This document shows, piece by piece, positions 1 through 9,343 of a DNA stretch of 64,000 bases (position 1 is the first letter of the stretch; each line of letters opens with the position of its first letter). A model generated the notes under the pieces. The model ran no database searches, was not told the DNA's origin, and worked only from the letters and a program-made list of their open reading frames with translations. Location: contig JAYPCE010000001.1 of the NCBI GenBank assembly GCA_038124565.1, positions 47,981-111,980 on the forward strand, given 5' to 3'. The translations under genes were made by a program, and so were the position numbers. This stretch comes from Poseidonia sp. GTDB taxonomy: Archaea > Thermoplasmatota > Poseidoniia > Poseidoniales > Poseidoniaceae.

Positions 1-104
1 AAGAGACCAATCGCATGTTTGAGACATTGATGGGCGAAGATGTTCCTGAACGCCGGGCGTTCATCGAGCGGTACGCAAAGGAGGTGACCAACCTTGACAT
101 CTGA
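1..104 (+). CDS. gyrB: DNA gyrase subunit B, C-terminal tail (gene begins upstream of window)
   Basis: Reading from nt 3 gives [33 protein letters not shown], then TGA at 102-104. This matches the conserved GyrB C-terminal tail. It is absent from the ORF track because it is open at the window edge. It directly precedes and overlaps gyrA. Confidence 0.85.
   Translation, partial: ETNRMFETLMGEDVPERRAFIERYAKEVTNLDI
80..87 (+). promoter_or_regulatory. Shine-Dalgarno site for gyrA
   Basis: GGAGGTGA lies 6 nt upstream of the TTG start at 94. The same GGAGGTGA/GAGGTGA motif recurs before many starts in this window (18630, 19221, 19957, 24167, 34127, 38026). Confidence 0.6.
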
Positions 105-2808
105 AGATGAAGCCAATGAGCAAGATGAAGGCGCCACCAGCAGCGGTGAGATTATTCTCAACCATTCACTCAACACCGAGATGAAGAATTCCTACATCAA
201 TTACGCCATGTCCGTCATCATTGGCCGGGCCTTGCCCGATGCACGCGATGGCCTCAAGCCCGTCCACAGGCGTGTGCTCTATGGTATGTTTGAAGGTGGT
301 CACACCTCTGACAAAAAATTCAGCAAATCCGCCCGTTCAGTTGGTGAAGTCATGGGGAAATACCACCCGCACGGCGACCAGTCAATTTACGACACCATGG
401 TTCGTATGGCCCAAGAATTTTCGTTGCGCTATCCGTTGGTTGATGGTCAAGGAAATTTCGGCTCCATTGACGGCGACCCACCTGCTGCTATGCGTTACAC
501 AGAGAGTCGATTGGATCGTATCGCAAAACACATGCTGGATGACATCAACAAAAATACGGTCGATTTCCAACCGAATTTTGATGATTCTGAGCAAGAACCC
601 ACGGTGCTCCCCGCTCGTCTCCCTAATCTTTTGCTCAACGGAAGCGATGGAATTGCTGTCGGTATGGCAACGAGAATCCCACCCCACAACCTTACGGAGG
701 TGGCTGGTGCCGTTAACCTCCATGTGGATGCGATTCTTGCTTCAGGTGAAGAAGGCATGCCTCGCATCTCTATAGATGAGTACATGGAGCACATCAAGGG
801 GCCAGATTTTCCGACTGGGGCAAGCGTCCACGGCCTGGATGGTATCATTGACATGTATGCGACAGGAAAGGGGCGTTTTCATGTCAGGTCAAAGTGCGAA
901 GTGTTTGATGACGAACGGGGAAAGCGCATCGTTGTTCATGAAATTCCGTATCAGGTCAAGAAAGCGGACATGTTGGTCCAAATCGCTGACTTGGTCAACA
1001 AAGAGGCCGTGGTTGGAATCAGGGATATTCGCGACGAGTCTTCCAAAGAAGGCATTCGCGTGGTCATTGAGGTCAAAAACAACGCAGACCCCCATGCGGT
1101 ACTGAATCAACTGTTCAAATCCAGCCGTCTTCAAGAGTCTTATTCAGCGAACATGATGGGCATCTTGGACGGCCGTCCTGTGTTGTTGAACCTCGCAACG
1201 ATGTTGCATACGTATGTCTCACATCGGGAATCGGTCATTGAGCGACGTGCGGTGTTTGACCTCGAAAAAGCTCAGGCTCGTGCTCACATTCTCGAAGGAC
1301 TGGTCAAAGCCCAGGATCGAATTGATGACGTGGTTGCTGCAGGAAAAGCCAGCACAAGCCGTGAACAGTTTGAGTCCGTACTTCGCGGTGACGAGACGAT
1401 GGCTGGCATTACGCCCTTTGATTTCAGCGAAGCCCAAGCAAAAGCAATCGCCGAGCGACGTCTGTATCAGTTGAGTCAGTTGGATGTGGCTAATGTTGTC
1501 GCTGAATGGGAGGAACTCAAATTGAAAATCGCCGACCTTGAGGATATTTTGGGTTCTCGTCCGCGGCGATTAAACATCCTCAAGGAGGAACTTGCTGAGT
1601 TGGTTGACCGGCACGGTGACGAGCGAAGGTCATTCATAGACCCAATGCCCTTGTCCATGGACCGAGAAGACCTCATTGAGGAGCGAGCCATCGTCATCAC
1701 CCTCAGTGAAGATAACTACATCCGACACACGCCCGTTGAGACCTTCCGCACCCAAAACCGAGGAGGCCGAGGTCTCAAGGGCGTCACCACAAAGAGCGAG
1801 GATACCCCTCAACTCATCACGACGTGTTTCAGCAAGGACCGACTGCTGATTTTCACTGACCAAGGGCGGGTCTACGGTCTGAAGGCATGGGAAACTCCCC
1901 TCGGCAGCCGACAATCAAGAGGCAGCCACATTCGCAACTTGCTGGACAGCCTTCGTGAAGACGAAAACATCGTGAGCATTTTGCCGCTTTCACGAGAACT
2001 GTTGGATGAGCCAGAGAACCACTATCTGATGTTTGCAACAAAACTGGGTCTCATCAAGAAAACGGCACTTGCAGAATACGTGCGAATCAACCGAAATGGG
2101 AAATTTGCACTGCGCTTCAAACTCGAAGGGGATTCGTTGGTGAATGTACGTTCGGCCACCAATGACCATAACATCGTCATGATATCGACCACGGGATACG
2201 CCTCTCGGTTCCGTTGCGGTGACATCAGAGCATCGGGACGGGTCTCAGGTGGCGTCTACGGGATCAAGGTCGCTGACCGCAAAGGTTCTGGAGGCGGTGT
2301 CGTCGCCGGCATGGTCGCGATGCTGAGCCCTGATGAACACATTTTGACCATTTCCAAGTATGGTATGGCGAAACGCAGCCGTTTGGGAACCTCTCAGAAG
2401 ATTCCGGACCTTGATGCAGAAGGAAACCAACGTTTCGATGAGGAGGGGCAACTCAAGATGATGACCGATGGTTATCGGTTAACCAACCCAGGTGCGAAGG
2501 GCGTTCGAACGATGAAGCTCGACGAAGAACACGAGGACAGCATCATCAGCGTTCGCACCATCCCCGACCTGAATGACCACTTGTTCTTGCTGACCAAGTC
2601 CGGCATGATGATCCGTATTCGTATTGACCAAACGAAGGAAACCACCGGGAAAGCCACACGTGGCACCCGTGTGATGGAACTTCGTGATAAAGAACAAGGT
2701 GGTTTCATGGATGAAATCATCTTCTCATCTCGCGTGTCAGCGTCGTTGCTTGACCCGGATGACGAGGATGAGAGCGGAGAACCTCCTGCATCAGGCGAAG
2801 AGGAATAG
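94..2808 (+). CDS. gyrA: DNA gyrase subunit A
   Basis: 904-aa ORF with [30 protein letters not shown], the catalytic-Tyr motif [10 protein letters not shown], the GyrA-box [11 protein letters not shown]-terminal beta-pinwheel-type repeats and an acidic tail. The TTG start at 94 is preceded by GGAGGTGA at 80-87. It overlaps the gyrB stop by 11 nt. Confidence 0.97.
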   Translation: MTSEDEANEQDEGATSSGEIILNHSLNTEMKNSYINYAMSVIIGRALPDARDGLKPVHRRVLYGMFEGGHTSDKKFSKSARSVGEVMGKYHPHGDQSIYDTMVRMAQEFSLRYPLVDGQGNFGSIDGDPPAAMRYTESRLDRIAKHMLDDINKNTVDFQPNFDDSEQEPTVLPARLPNLLLNGSDGIAVGMATRIPPHNLTEVAGAVNLHVDAILASGEEGMPRISIDEYMEHIKGPDFPTGASVHGLDGIIDMYATGKGRFHVRSKCEVFDDERGKRIVVHEIPYQVKKADMLVQIADLVNKEAVVGIRDIRDESSKEGIRVVIEVKNNADPHAVLNQLFKSSRLQESYSANMMGILDGRPVLLNLATMLHTYVSHRESVIERRAVFDLEKAQARAHILEGLVKAQDRIDDVVAAGKASTSREQFESVLRGDETMAGITPFDFSEAQAKAIAERRLYQLSQLDVANVVAEWEELKLKIADLEDILGSRPRRLNILKEELAELVDRHGDERRSFIDPMPLSMDREDLIEERAIVITLSEDNYIRHTPVETFRTQNRGGRGLKGVTTKSEDTPQLITTCFSKDRLLIFTDQGRVYGLKAWETPLGSRQSRGSHIRNLLDSLREDENIVSILPLSRELLDEPENHYLMFATKLGLIKKTALAEYVRINRNGKFALRFKLEGDSLVNVRSATNDHNIVMISTTGYASRFRCGDIRASGRVSGGVYGIKVADRKGSGGGVVAGMVAMLSPDEHILTISKYGMAKRSRLGTSQKIPDLDAEGNQRFDEEGQLKMMTDGYRLTNPGAKGVRTMKLDEEHEDSIISVRTIPDLNDHLFLLTKSGMMIRIRIDQTKETTGKATRGTRVMELRDKEQGGFMDEIIFSSRVSASLLDPDDEDESGEPPASGEEE

Positions 2809-2923
2809 GTCACTTGGTTCACAACCATGAGACGCTTCTCCACCGCAAGAAAGCGACGCATTGAAACGGGAAGGGGTGTTCTCCAAGGTTGCGGGGGCCA
2901 CTCGTTCTCGCAGGTGAAATTTC

Positions 2924-4180
2924 ATGGACGAGCGTTCACTCATTTACGATTGGAACACGGTGGAGTACGACTTCAAGCGCAACGCCTCAAACCATCCCCA
3001 TGGTGTTTGGTTTGATGACGAGACACTCCGTGATGGATTGCAAAGTCCGAGTGCCCGCAACCCCACGATTGAACAAAAGATTGAGTTGCTGGGGTACATG
3101 GAGCAGTTGGGCATACAGAAAGTGGACCTCGGATTGCCGGGTGCTGGGCCGTTTCACAGAGATCACATCGACGCCATGCTCACGCACATCAAAGACAACG
3201 GGTACAACATCCGACCTGGCGCAGCCGTTCGTACCTTAATGAGCGATATTGAGCCACTGGTTGAGATGCAAGCGAAGCACGAGATGTCCATCCAAGCCTC
3301 TGCTTTCCTCGGCACCAGCCCCATCCGTCAATACACCGAAGGTTGGACCATGGAGAAACTGATGTCAACGATGGAGGCTGCGGTCTCTTACGCCGTTGAG
3401 AACGATGTTCCCGTGATGTTCGTCACCGAGGATACGACCAGGTCCAACCCTGAAGATGTCAAAATGATCTATCAGCGGGCGATGGAACTCGGCGTCCGGC
3501 GCCTTTGTGTGTGCGATACGTGCGGCCATGTTACGCCGAACGGTGTCAAGAAACTCTTGGCCTTCATCGACGAGGAGGTCATCAAAGATGCTGGTTACCA
3601 ACGCCGGGACATTGAAGTGAACTGGCACGGCCATCAGGACCGGGGTCTCGGCGTAGCCAACAACATCGCTGCCGTTGAAGCAGGCGCCGATGTGATTCAC
3701 GGGACAGCCCTTGGCGTAGGGGAACGTGCTGGCAACGCTCCACTTGACCAAACCCTGGTCAATTTGAAGCTCATGGGTGTCATCGATAACGATTTGACGT
3801 TGCTGGATACCTACATGCAGAAGGCCAATGAATACATTGAGGTGCCTTTGCCTCGCAATTATCCAGTGTTCGGTGAAGACGCCTTTGAAACCGGTACTGG
3901 CGTTCACGCCTCAGCCGTCATCAAAGCCATGCGAAAAGGCGATCACTGGTTGGCGGACCGTGTCTATTCCGGCGTTCCTGCTGGTGACTTTGGACTCAAG
4001 CAAGTAATTCGTATCGGCCATATGTCTGGACGTTCGAACATCGTTTGGTGGCTCGAACAGAATGGCATAGAAGCGAGTGATGAACTGGTGGCTCACCTCT
4101 TTGAAATCGCCAAGAGTCAAAAGCGAAACATGTTGGATGAGGAGATTCATGCCGAAGTTGCTGCCTTTTCAGGGCAGTAA
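2924..4180 (+). CDS. HMGL-like (pyruvate carboxyltransferase) family enzyme, isopropylmalate/homocitrate/citramalate synthase-like
   Basis: 418-aa ORF with N-terminal DETLRDGLQSP, a TIM-barrel-type HMGL pattern (CDTCGHVTP, WHGHQDRGLGVANNIAAVEAGADVIHGTALGVGERAGNAPL) and AFETGTGVHASAVIKA. The exact substrate cannot be assigned by eye. Confidence 0.65.
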   Translation: MDERSLIYDWNTVEYDFKRNASNHPHGVWFDDETLRDGLQSPSARNPTIEQKIELLGYMEQLGIQKVDLGLPGAGPFHRDHIDAMLTHIKDNGYNIRPGAAVRTLMSDIEPLVEMQAKHEMSIQASAFLGTSPIRQYTEGWTMEKLMSTMEAAVSYAVENDVPVMFVTEDTTRSNPEDVKMIYQRAMELGVRRLCVCDTCGHVTPNGVKKLLAFIDEEVIKDAGYQRRDIEVNWHGHQDRGLGVANNIAAVEAGADVIHGTALGVGERAGNAPLDQTLVNLKLMGVIDNDLTLLDTYMQKANEYIEVPLPRNYPVFGEDAFETGTGVHASAVIKAMRKGDHWLADRVYSGVPAGDFGLKQVIRIGHMSGRSNIVWWLEQNGIEASDELVAHLFEIAKSQKRNMLDEEIHAEVAAFSGQ

Positions 4181-5494
4181 TCAAGCATCTTCTTCTTCGA
4201 ATTCCTTCTCATCGTTGGTGATTTTTGACCCAATCCATTCGGAGTCAACGCCCCCACCGCTCCATTCACCTTCAAGGGAAATTTCGCTGATTTCGTGCTC
4301 TTCTCGCCAGACCTTGTCTTCTTGACTTCCATTGACCATGAAGTGGCCGGCGGCGTCGATTTGTTCTTCAAGCAAGGAAAAGTGCTTGGCGATGGGCAAA
4401 AAATGGCCAACGGGCATCCCTGCGGCCGTAAACGGATTGGTCGCTGCGCCAATGATAAGGCCATCTTCAGGCGCGACGATATCAACGGTCATGCCCGGTG
4501 TGGCTGGGTCTGAGATGGTCGCAACCACTTCACCTTCACGCATGATGCTTCCAGCCGAGACAAACATGTCCAAGAGGCCCCCTTCTGCTGCTCGCAACCA
4601 TATGGAACCGCTCGCCATGATTCTGAACTTTGGGCGTTGAGGGTTGCCGGGAACCATGCGCATGGAACGCAAGGTGTTGAGAATACCATGCACGGCAACT
4701 TTGACAGATTGGTCTCCCAGGAAATCTGCTCCACCACCTTCGTAGGTGATGACAGGGATGTCGGCTTCGTTGGCCGTTCGGCGAAGCGTTCCTCGTGGTG
4801 GGATGGAATCAAGAAGGATTTCTATACCGAAGGATTTCGCAAGTAAGTATGAACTTGTATGAGTGAGGTCGACACGTACTTGTGGCATATTCATGCGGCC
4901 TTTTGCAGCGCTGTGGAGGTCGATAATGGCGTCGCTGTCCTCAACCAAATGCTTCCAAATTTGGTCAGCCACCCGTTTTGTGGTCGACCCCGAAGGGTCG
5001 CCAGGGAACTGACGATTGAGGTCTCTTCCGTCTGGAAAGTATCGTGATTTCATGCGATAACCAGGGAGGTTGACAACCGGAACAATGCGCAAGGTTCCTG
5101 CCAGAGTTTTCGGGTCAAGGGGTTTGCCGGAATCGGTGAAAGCGTTGCTCAACAGGTGTGTGCATGCTGAGGGGCCAGTGAGTTCGTCGCCATGGATGCC
5201 GCCCAGAATGGTGATGCAAGGGCCGGGACGGGAGCCATGGATAATGGTCACAGGCACGGGCCAACGATCGCCAAGGTTGACATCGAGCAGGGGCAACGGA
5301 ATGGTGCGTAGGGTTCCCGGCTTGATGCGCTTTCGATAAAAGCGCACATCCGTCCATTCTGAGGTTCTGTCCCACTCAGGTCGATCTTCGGTTTGGTGCG
5401 CCTTCATGGCCTCATCGATGGCCATTCTACGACGTTTGGGCAATTCATGGGCAACCCGAACCTTGCGAACGGATTTCTCCTTCCGCGCGGCCAT
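4181..5494 (-). CDS. succinylglutamate desuccinylase/aspartoacylase (AstE/AspA) family zinc hydrolase
   Basis: 437-aa ORF with ITILGGIHGDELTGP, GRDLNRQFPGDPSGS and IIDLHSA motifs typical of the M14-like AstE/AspA family. Acidic C-terminal tail. Its stop abuts the stop of the convergent gene at 4180. Confidence 0.75.
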   Translation of the reverse strand: MAARKEKSVRKVRVAHELPKRRRMAIDEAMKAHQTEDRPEWDRTSEWTDVRFYRKRIKPGTLRTIPLPLLDVNLGDRWPVPVTIIHGSRPGPCITILGGIHGDELTGPSACTHLLSNAFTDSGKPLDPKTLAGTLRIVPVVNLPGYRMKSRYFPDGRDLNRQFPGDPSGSTTKRVADQIWKHLVEDSDAIIDLHSAAKGRMNMPQVRVDLTHTSSYLLAKSFGIEILLDSIPPRGTLRRTANEADIPVITYEGGGADFLGDQSVKVAVHGILNTLRSMRMVPGNPQRPKFRIMASGSIWLRAAEGGLLDMFVSAGSIMREGEVVATISDPATPGMTVDIVAPEDGLIIGAATNPFTAAGMPVGHFLPIAKHFSLLEEQIDAAGHFMVNGSQEDKVWREEHEISEISLEGEWSGGGVDSEWIGSKITNDEKEFEEEDA

Positions 5495-5579
5495 GCCCCT
5501 TGCATGCGAGCCTCAGTCATCAACACTCCGCTAAAAAACGGAGGTAAGAACCAAGAAGCGTCGTCGTTCAAGGTGGCCC

Positions 5580-6047
5580 ATGACCGAATTGGGTGTTCAA
5601 CGAACCTATGCGCCGTCTTCCATTTGTTTTGGCTGTGGTCCAGCCAATGAACAAGGCTTGCAAATCGATTCGCATCGCGTTGATGGTGGACTGATTATGG
5701 AATTTCAACCCGAATTGCACCATCAAGCCTTTCCTGGAATGGTCAACGGGGGCATCATCGGAACACTGCTTGACTGCCACGGCAATTGGACTGCGGCCGT
5801 GGCTCTGATGGACGCACAAGGGCTTTCGGAGCCTCCGTGCACCGTAACGGCCAGTTACGAGGTCAAGTTACGAAGGCCCACGCCCGTGGATCAACCACTT
5901 ACGGTGACCGGCCATGTGAAGGAATTGTTTGATGACCGAGCAACCGTTGAACTGACCTTGGAGGCGGGTGGAAAGGTCTGTGCCTCTGGAAGCGGGTTGT
6001 TTGTTGCGGTTAAAGAAGGTCATCCCGCCTACCACCGATGGTCTTGA
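5580..6047 (+). CDS. hotdog-fold thioesterase, PaaI-like
   Basis: 155 aa with CFGCGPANEQGLQI and GMVNGGIIGTLLDCHGNWTA, typical of PaaI/4HBT-type thioesterases. Confidence 0.7.
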   Translation: MTELGVQRTYAPSSICFGCGPANEQGLQIDSHRVDGGLIMEFQPELHHQAFPGMVNGGIIGTLLDCHGNWTAAVALMDAQGLSEPPCTVTASYEVKLRRPTPVDQPLTVTGHVKELFDDRATVELTLEAGGKVCASGSGLFVAVKEGHPAYHRWS

Positions 6048-6050
6048 GGG

Positions 6051-6587
6051 TTGGTTGTGGTTCGAGCCAATTCAGAGCAACTCACCATCCTTGAGGGGAT
6101 GCGAAGCACGGTCATCAACGGCATGGCTTTGATGCCGTTTGTTCACGAAGGTATGCTCGAGACGCTTCACGAGGTTCAACTTGGGTTGTTGAAAAAAACC
6201 GCAACCCAGCGTCATGGTGTCACGCGATGGGAACGCGGAACAGACGGCGCGTTAACGGTCAAAACAGTGGACTTGCACCCTGCTTTGTTGGACCCATCGT
6301 GGAGGGATTACGCAACCTTCGTTCTCTATCACGAGTTTCTCCACGCGCTGGGTTGGCGAGCACATGATGCTGAGTTCAGAGCCCTTGAAGCCTCTTGGCC
6401 GGATGTGGCTGGCTCACAACGAGGACCTTCCTTCACACACGCCATGCGTTTCTCTCGTGCCTCGTGGTTGTGGAAATGCCCGCAATGCAGCAAGGAGTTC
6501 CCTCGTCAACGAAGGGGCGCTGGCCGGTATGTTTGCCGAACCTGTCGTTGTGTTTTGGTTGATGTTCACTTGCAAGACGCCCAATGA
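6051..6587 (+). CDS. SprT-like zinc metalloprotease with C-terminal zinc ribbon
   Basis: 178 aa with the HExxH motif in YHEFLHALGW, followed by CPQC...CRTC (WKCPQCSKEF...YVCRTCRCVL). Starts 3 nt after the upstream gene. Confidence 0.55.
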   Translation: MVVVRANSEQLTILEGMRSTVINGMALMPFVHEGMLETLHEVQLGLLKKTATQRHGVTRWERGTDGALTVKTVDLHPALLDPSWRDYATFVLYHEFLHALGWRAHDAEFRALEASWPDVAGSQRGPSFTHAMRFSRASWLWKCPQCSKEFPRQRRGAGRYVCRTCRCVLVDVHLQDAQ

Positions 6588-6592
6588 AATAG

Positions 6593-8662
6593 GTGGGCTT
6601 CTTGGTGCAAACGGTGAGGAGAACGATGCAGAAGGTACGCGCCGTCCTTTTCCTCTGCGTTTTCCTGTTTTCTTTGGTCCAACCTTTTGGCCATGCTATG
6701 GTTTCTGCAGGGCTAACCTCTGAAGAGGGAGGAGGCGAGTTGTTCCTGTCATGCAGGGCGGACAACGATTGCGTCTTGACGCCCACACCTGTTGGTGAAG
6801 AAACGGTTTCAGGCCAGTCATCAGCCAACCTGTTTCAGCAGGAGACGGTGACGTTTGAGTTCTCAGCTGACCCGCCTCAAGGACACGTGGCGCTGCTGCC
6901 GGATGTTTTGGCTCTTCTCGAAGTTGATTTTCGCCATCAAACCGAGGCAGGGAGTTTCTTCCGCCCAGAACTTGAGGTTCGCTTGGTCCTCGGGCAAAAT
7001 GTCAACACATGGACCTTTGAAGCCTCTTCATTTCCAGAGGCAACCCCCTCTCCTTACAGGTTGGAGAACGAACCTCTCACCTTGAGTGAGGGACGTGTCC
7101 TCTGGTCTGATGAACCCATCCGTTTGCTTCTTTCTGTTACATTGGACCGTCCAGGGACATGGACGCTTTTCATGCGAGGGGCTTCGCAATTGACCGTTGA
7201 TGTCCCTTGGTCCATTGACCCAAACGCTGTGGATGTGGACGAACCTTCGTCCACCAGCCAGCCTCGTGCAACGTCGTTTGAAGACATCCATCGTGGTGCT
7301 TTGGTAGGGGCGGATCACGATTGCTGGTTGTTTGAAGTCGAAACCCACGAAGTCCTTCGGTTGATGGTTGAGTGGGACCAAGTACCCATTGAGTTGGAAC
7401 AACCGCATCCCGTTCCAGATTTGGTTACGCAGGCTGGTCGAAGAGCACCGGCACCAGAAGTGCTCGTCGATGATGACGGGCTCTCCTTGAGCATCACCTA
7501 CCGATGGCGTGCTCTTGCAACGGGTGATTACACGCTGTGCATGCACGGTTCACCTGAGAAGGTGCAAGCCTACACCTGGTCGGGGGCCTTCGGCTACGAA
7601 AGTATGGGTCCCTCCGACCCGAGCACCTTTGGTTCGGCGAGTTTTTACCCTCAAGGGGCTGCTCTGCTGGGTGACCTCAACGACCCCTACACTTTGCATG
7701 ACCAGGGCTTGGCCTTGTTGCTCATTTCCTTGGTCATGTTGGGAGTGTTGTTGTTGATGGCTTTCCGCCCCACCACTTCCTACGGGCTACGTTTTGGTAT
7801 GTTTGTACCGGGCGTGGTCTTGCTCATGGTGGGTGGTGTCATCCATCCGTTATGGGCCATGGCGGACGAGGTACAGCACGCTGATGAAATCACGGTGGAT
7901 GACCTCATCGAGATGCGGTTGCAACAACTCTGGGACGTCTCTGCAGAGGGTGTTCCAGAGCAAACACTCTACACCCATACTGGAGCAACCTGGGGTATGC
8001 TTGATGGCGAATCGTTGAAACTTAAACTCACGATCGATGAAGCGCTTCCTCTCGAAGATGGACGATGGCAACTCGTCGTCCCCGAACTTGAGCGTCTTCG
8101 TCTCGACCAACTCATTTTCGGACAGGTAGCCAAAGGGCAAACGCAGCCTACGGGCGAGGGTATGTTGGAGAGCCAAACGATACGCTTCATCCTGCTCGCT
8201 GGACGCTCGCTGTTGTTGGATTTGCTGATGCTTGAAGCCCTGCTCGTGGTTGATGAAGTCCCCGTATCGTCCGTCTTCCATATCGATACCACGATGGTGG
8301 AAACCCAAGCAGCAGGGTCCTTCGCCGCGCCAGCATGGGGCACACGACCCGAGAGCATTACCGCTTCCGATTGGGTACGCTTGCAAGGTTCGCTCTTTCC
8401 TGAAAGGATTTCCATCAGTCTTTGCGACTGTGACCTCGATTTGCTCGATGTGACTTTTTCAGCCTCGAATGGGTTTGATGTTCGTGACCTACCGCCCCAG
8501 TGGGATGTTCGTAATGCTATGGGGCTACTGCCATATGGAGCACTGTTGATGTGGTCTGGACTGTTGCTCGGCGTTGTCGCAACCACCATGGAAGTACGAC
8601 GTTCATTGAACGCACAGAGGCTCGCTGAGTCGTTCCGACGAAGCGGAAACCAGTGGAAGTGA
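6593..8662 (+). CDS. large secreted/membrane protein of unknown function
   Basis: 689-aa ORF. It has a signal-peptide-like N-terminus (MQKVRAVLFLCVFLFSLVQPFGHA; ATG at 6626 is an alternative start). Hydrophobic segments are LALLLISLVMLGVLLLMAF, FGMFVPGVVLLMVGGVIHPLW and, near the C-terminus, GALLMWSGLLLGVVATTM. No recognisable catalytic motif. Confidence 0.6.
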   Translation: MGFLVQTVRRTMQKVRAVLFLCVFLFSLVQPFGHAMVSAGLTSEEGGGELFLSCRADNDCVLTPTPVGEETVSGQSSANLFQQETVTFEFSADPPQGHVALLPDVLALLEVDFRHQTEAGSFFRPELEVRLVLGQNVNTWTFEASSFPEATPSPYRLENEPLTLSEGRVLWSDEPIRLLLSVTLDRPGTWTLFMRGASQLTVDVPWSIDPNAVDVDEPSSTSQPRATSFEDIHRGALVGADHDCWLFEVETHEVLRLMVEWDQVPIELEQPHPVPDLVTQAGRRAPAPEVLVDDDGLSLSITYRWRALATGDYTLCMHGSPEKVQAYTWSGAFGYESMGPSDPSTFGSASFYPQGAALLGDLNDPYTLHDQGLALLLISLVMLGVLLLMAFRPTTSYGLRFGMFVPGVVLLMVGGVIHPLWAMADEVQHADEITVDDLIEMRLQQLWDVSAEGVPEQTLYTHTGATWGMLDGESLKLKLTIDEALPLEDGRWQLVVPELERLRLDQLIFGQVAKGQTQPTGEGMLESQTIRFILLAGRSLLLDLLMLEALLVVDEVPVSSVFHIDTTMVETQAAGSFAAPAWGTRPESITASDWVRLQGSLFPERISISLCDCDLDLLDVTFSASNGFDVRDLPPQWDVRNAMGLLPYGALLMWSGLLLGVVATTMEVRRSLNAQRLAESFRRSGNQWK

Positions 8663-8664
8663 AC

Positions 8665-9297
8665 TCAGTTTGACCCTTGCTTTTCAAGTTCAGAACTGAG
8701 GGCTTCATTGACTTGCTCGGGCGTCATGTTGGCTGCCCTTGCCGCTTCGTCAATCGATTTTGCTTCCGAGGCCGTGATTTCACCGTCAGCCGCTGCACTC
8801 TTGATGGCCGCCTTTACATTGATATCTGCGGCTGCTTCGTCACTGATTCCTAGGGCCTTTTGGAAGGATTTGAGTTCTCGTAGTTCCTCATCGGTGATGA
8901 CGCCGTCTTTCCACGCCGAATCGTAGGCATGGACCAAGAAATCCCTGTATGCCTCCTGGTGCATCAAGACATCTCGGATCAAGCCAGTATCCACGCCGTT
9001 CGAACCTTCGGCCATGTCGAGTAAGGCGATGGAGCGACGGACCTCTTTGACTGCCATATCCTTCAACCCATGGCCTGCCCAAACGGCACCGGCAGCGACA
9101 ATGGCCGCAGAGAACCAGCGCATGATGTTGGCGTCGACCAATTCGCCTGGTTCAACAAGATGAAACACGCCCAACACGACCATGGCGGCCCCGCACATGA
9201 CTTCGACCCAGTCGTTCAAGTCAGGCTCGTCGTCAAACACCGACAGGCGTTCCTCCACCAAGGACTCCATATCATCGCTCATGGTTGGACCATGCAT
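8665..9297 (-). CDS. membrane protein with C-terminal helical repeats (tentatively TerB-like)
   Basis: 210 aa with two hydrophobic helices (VMCGAAMVVLGVFHLV, WFSAAIVAAGAVWAGHGL). These are followed by DGVITDEELRELKSFQKALGIS and DGEITASEAKSIDEAARAANMT repeats. The domain assignment is weak. Confidence 0.45.
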   Translation of the reverse strand: MHGPTMSDDMESLVEERLSVFDDEPDLNDWVEVMCGAAMVVLGVFHLVEPGELVDANIMRWFSAAIVAAGAVWAGHGLKDMAVKEVRRSIALLDMAEGSNGVDTGLIRDVLMHQEAYRDFLVHAYDSAWKDGVITDEELRELKSFQKALGISDEAAADINVKAAIKSAAADGEITASEAKSIDEAARAANMTPEQVNEALSSELEKQGSN

Positions 9298-9343
9298 TGG
9301 TGGGCCTTATGGATGTCGGCCTTGAGGTTCGGCCGCTGTCCTT

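Noticed and set aside
221-2861. Numerous 60-190 aa alternative-frame and antisense ORFs inside gyrA (for example 221-775, 495-854, 2472-2861).
   Set aside because: All are nested in the gyrA reading frame, which carries the full set of GyrA motifs. They show no independent coding evidence.
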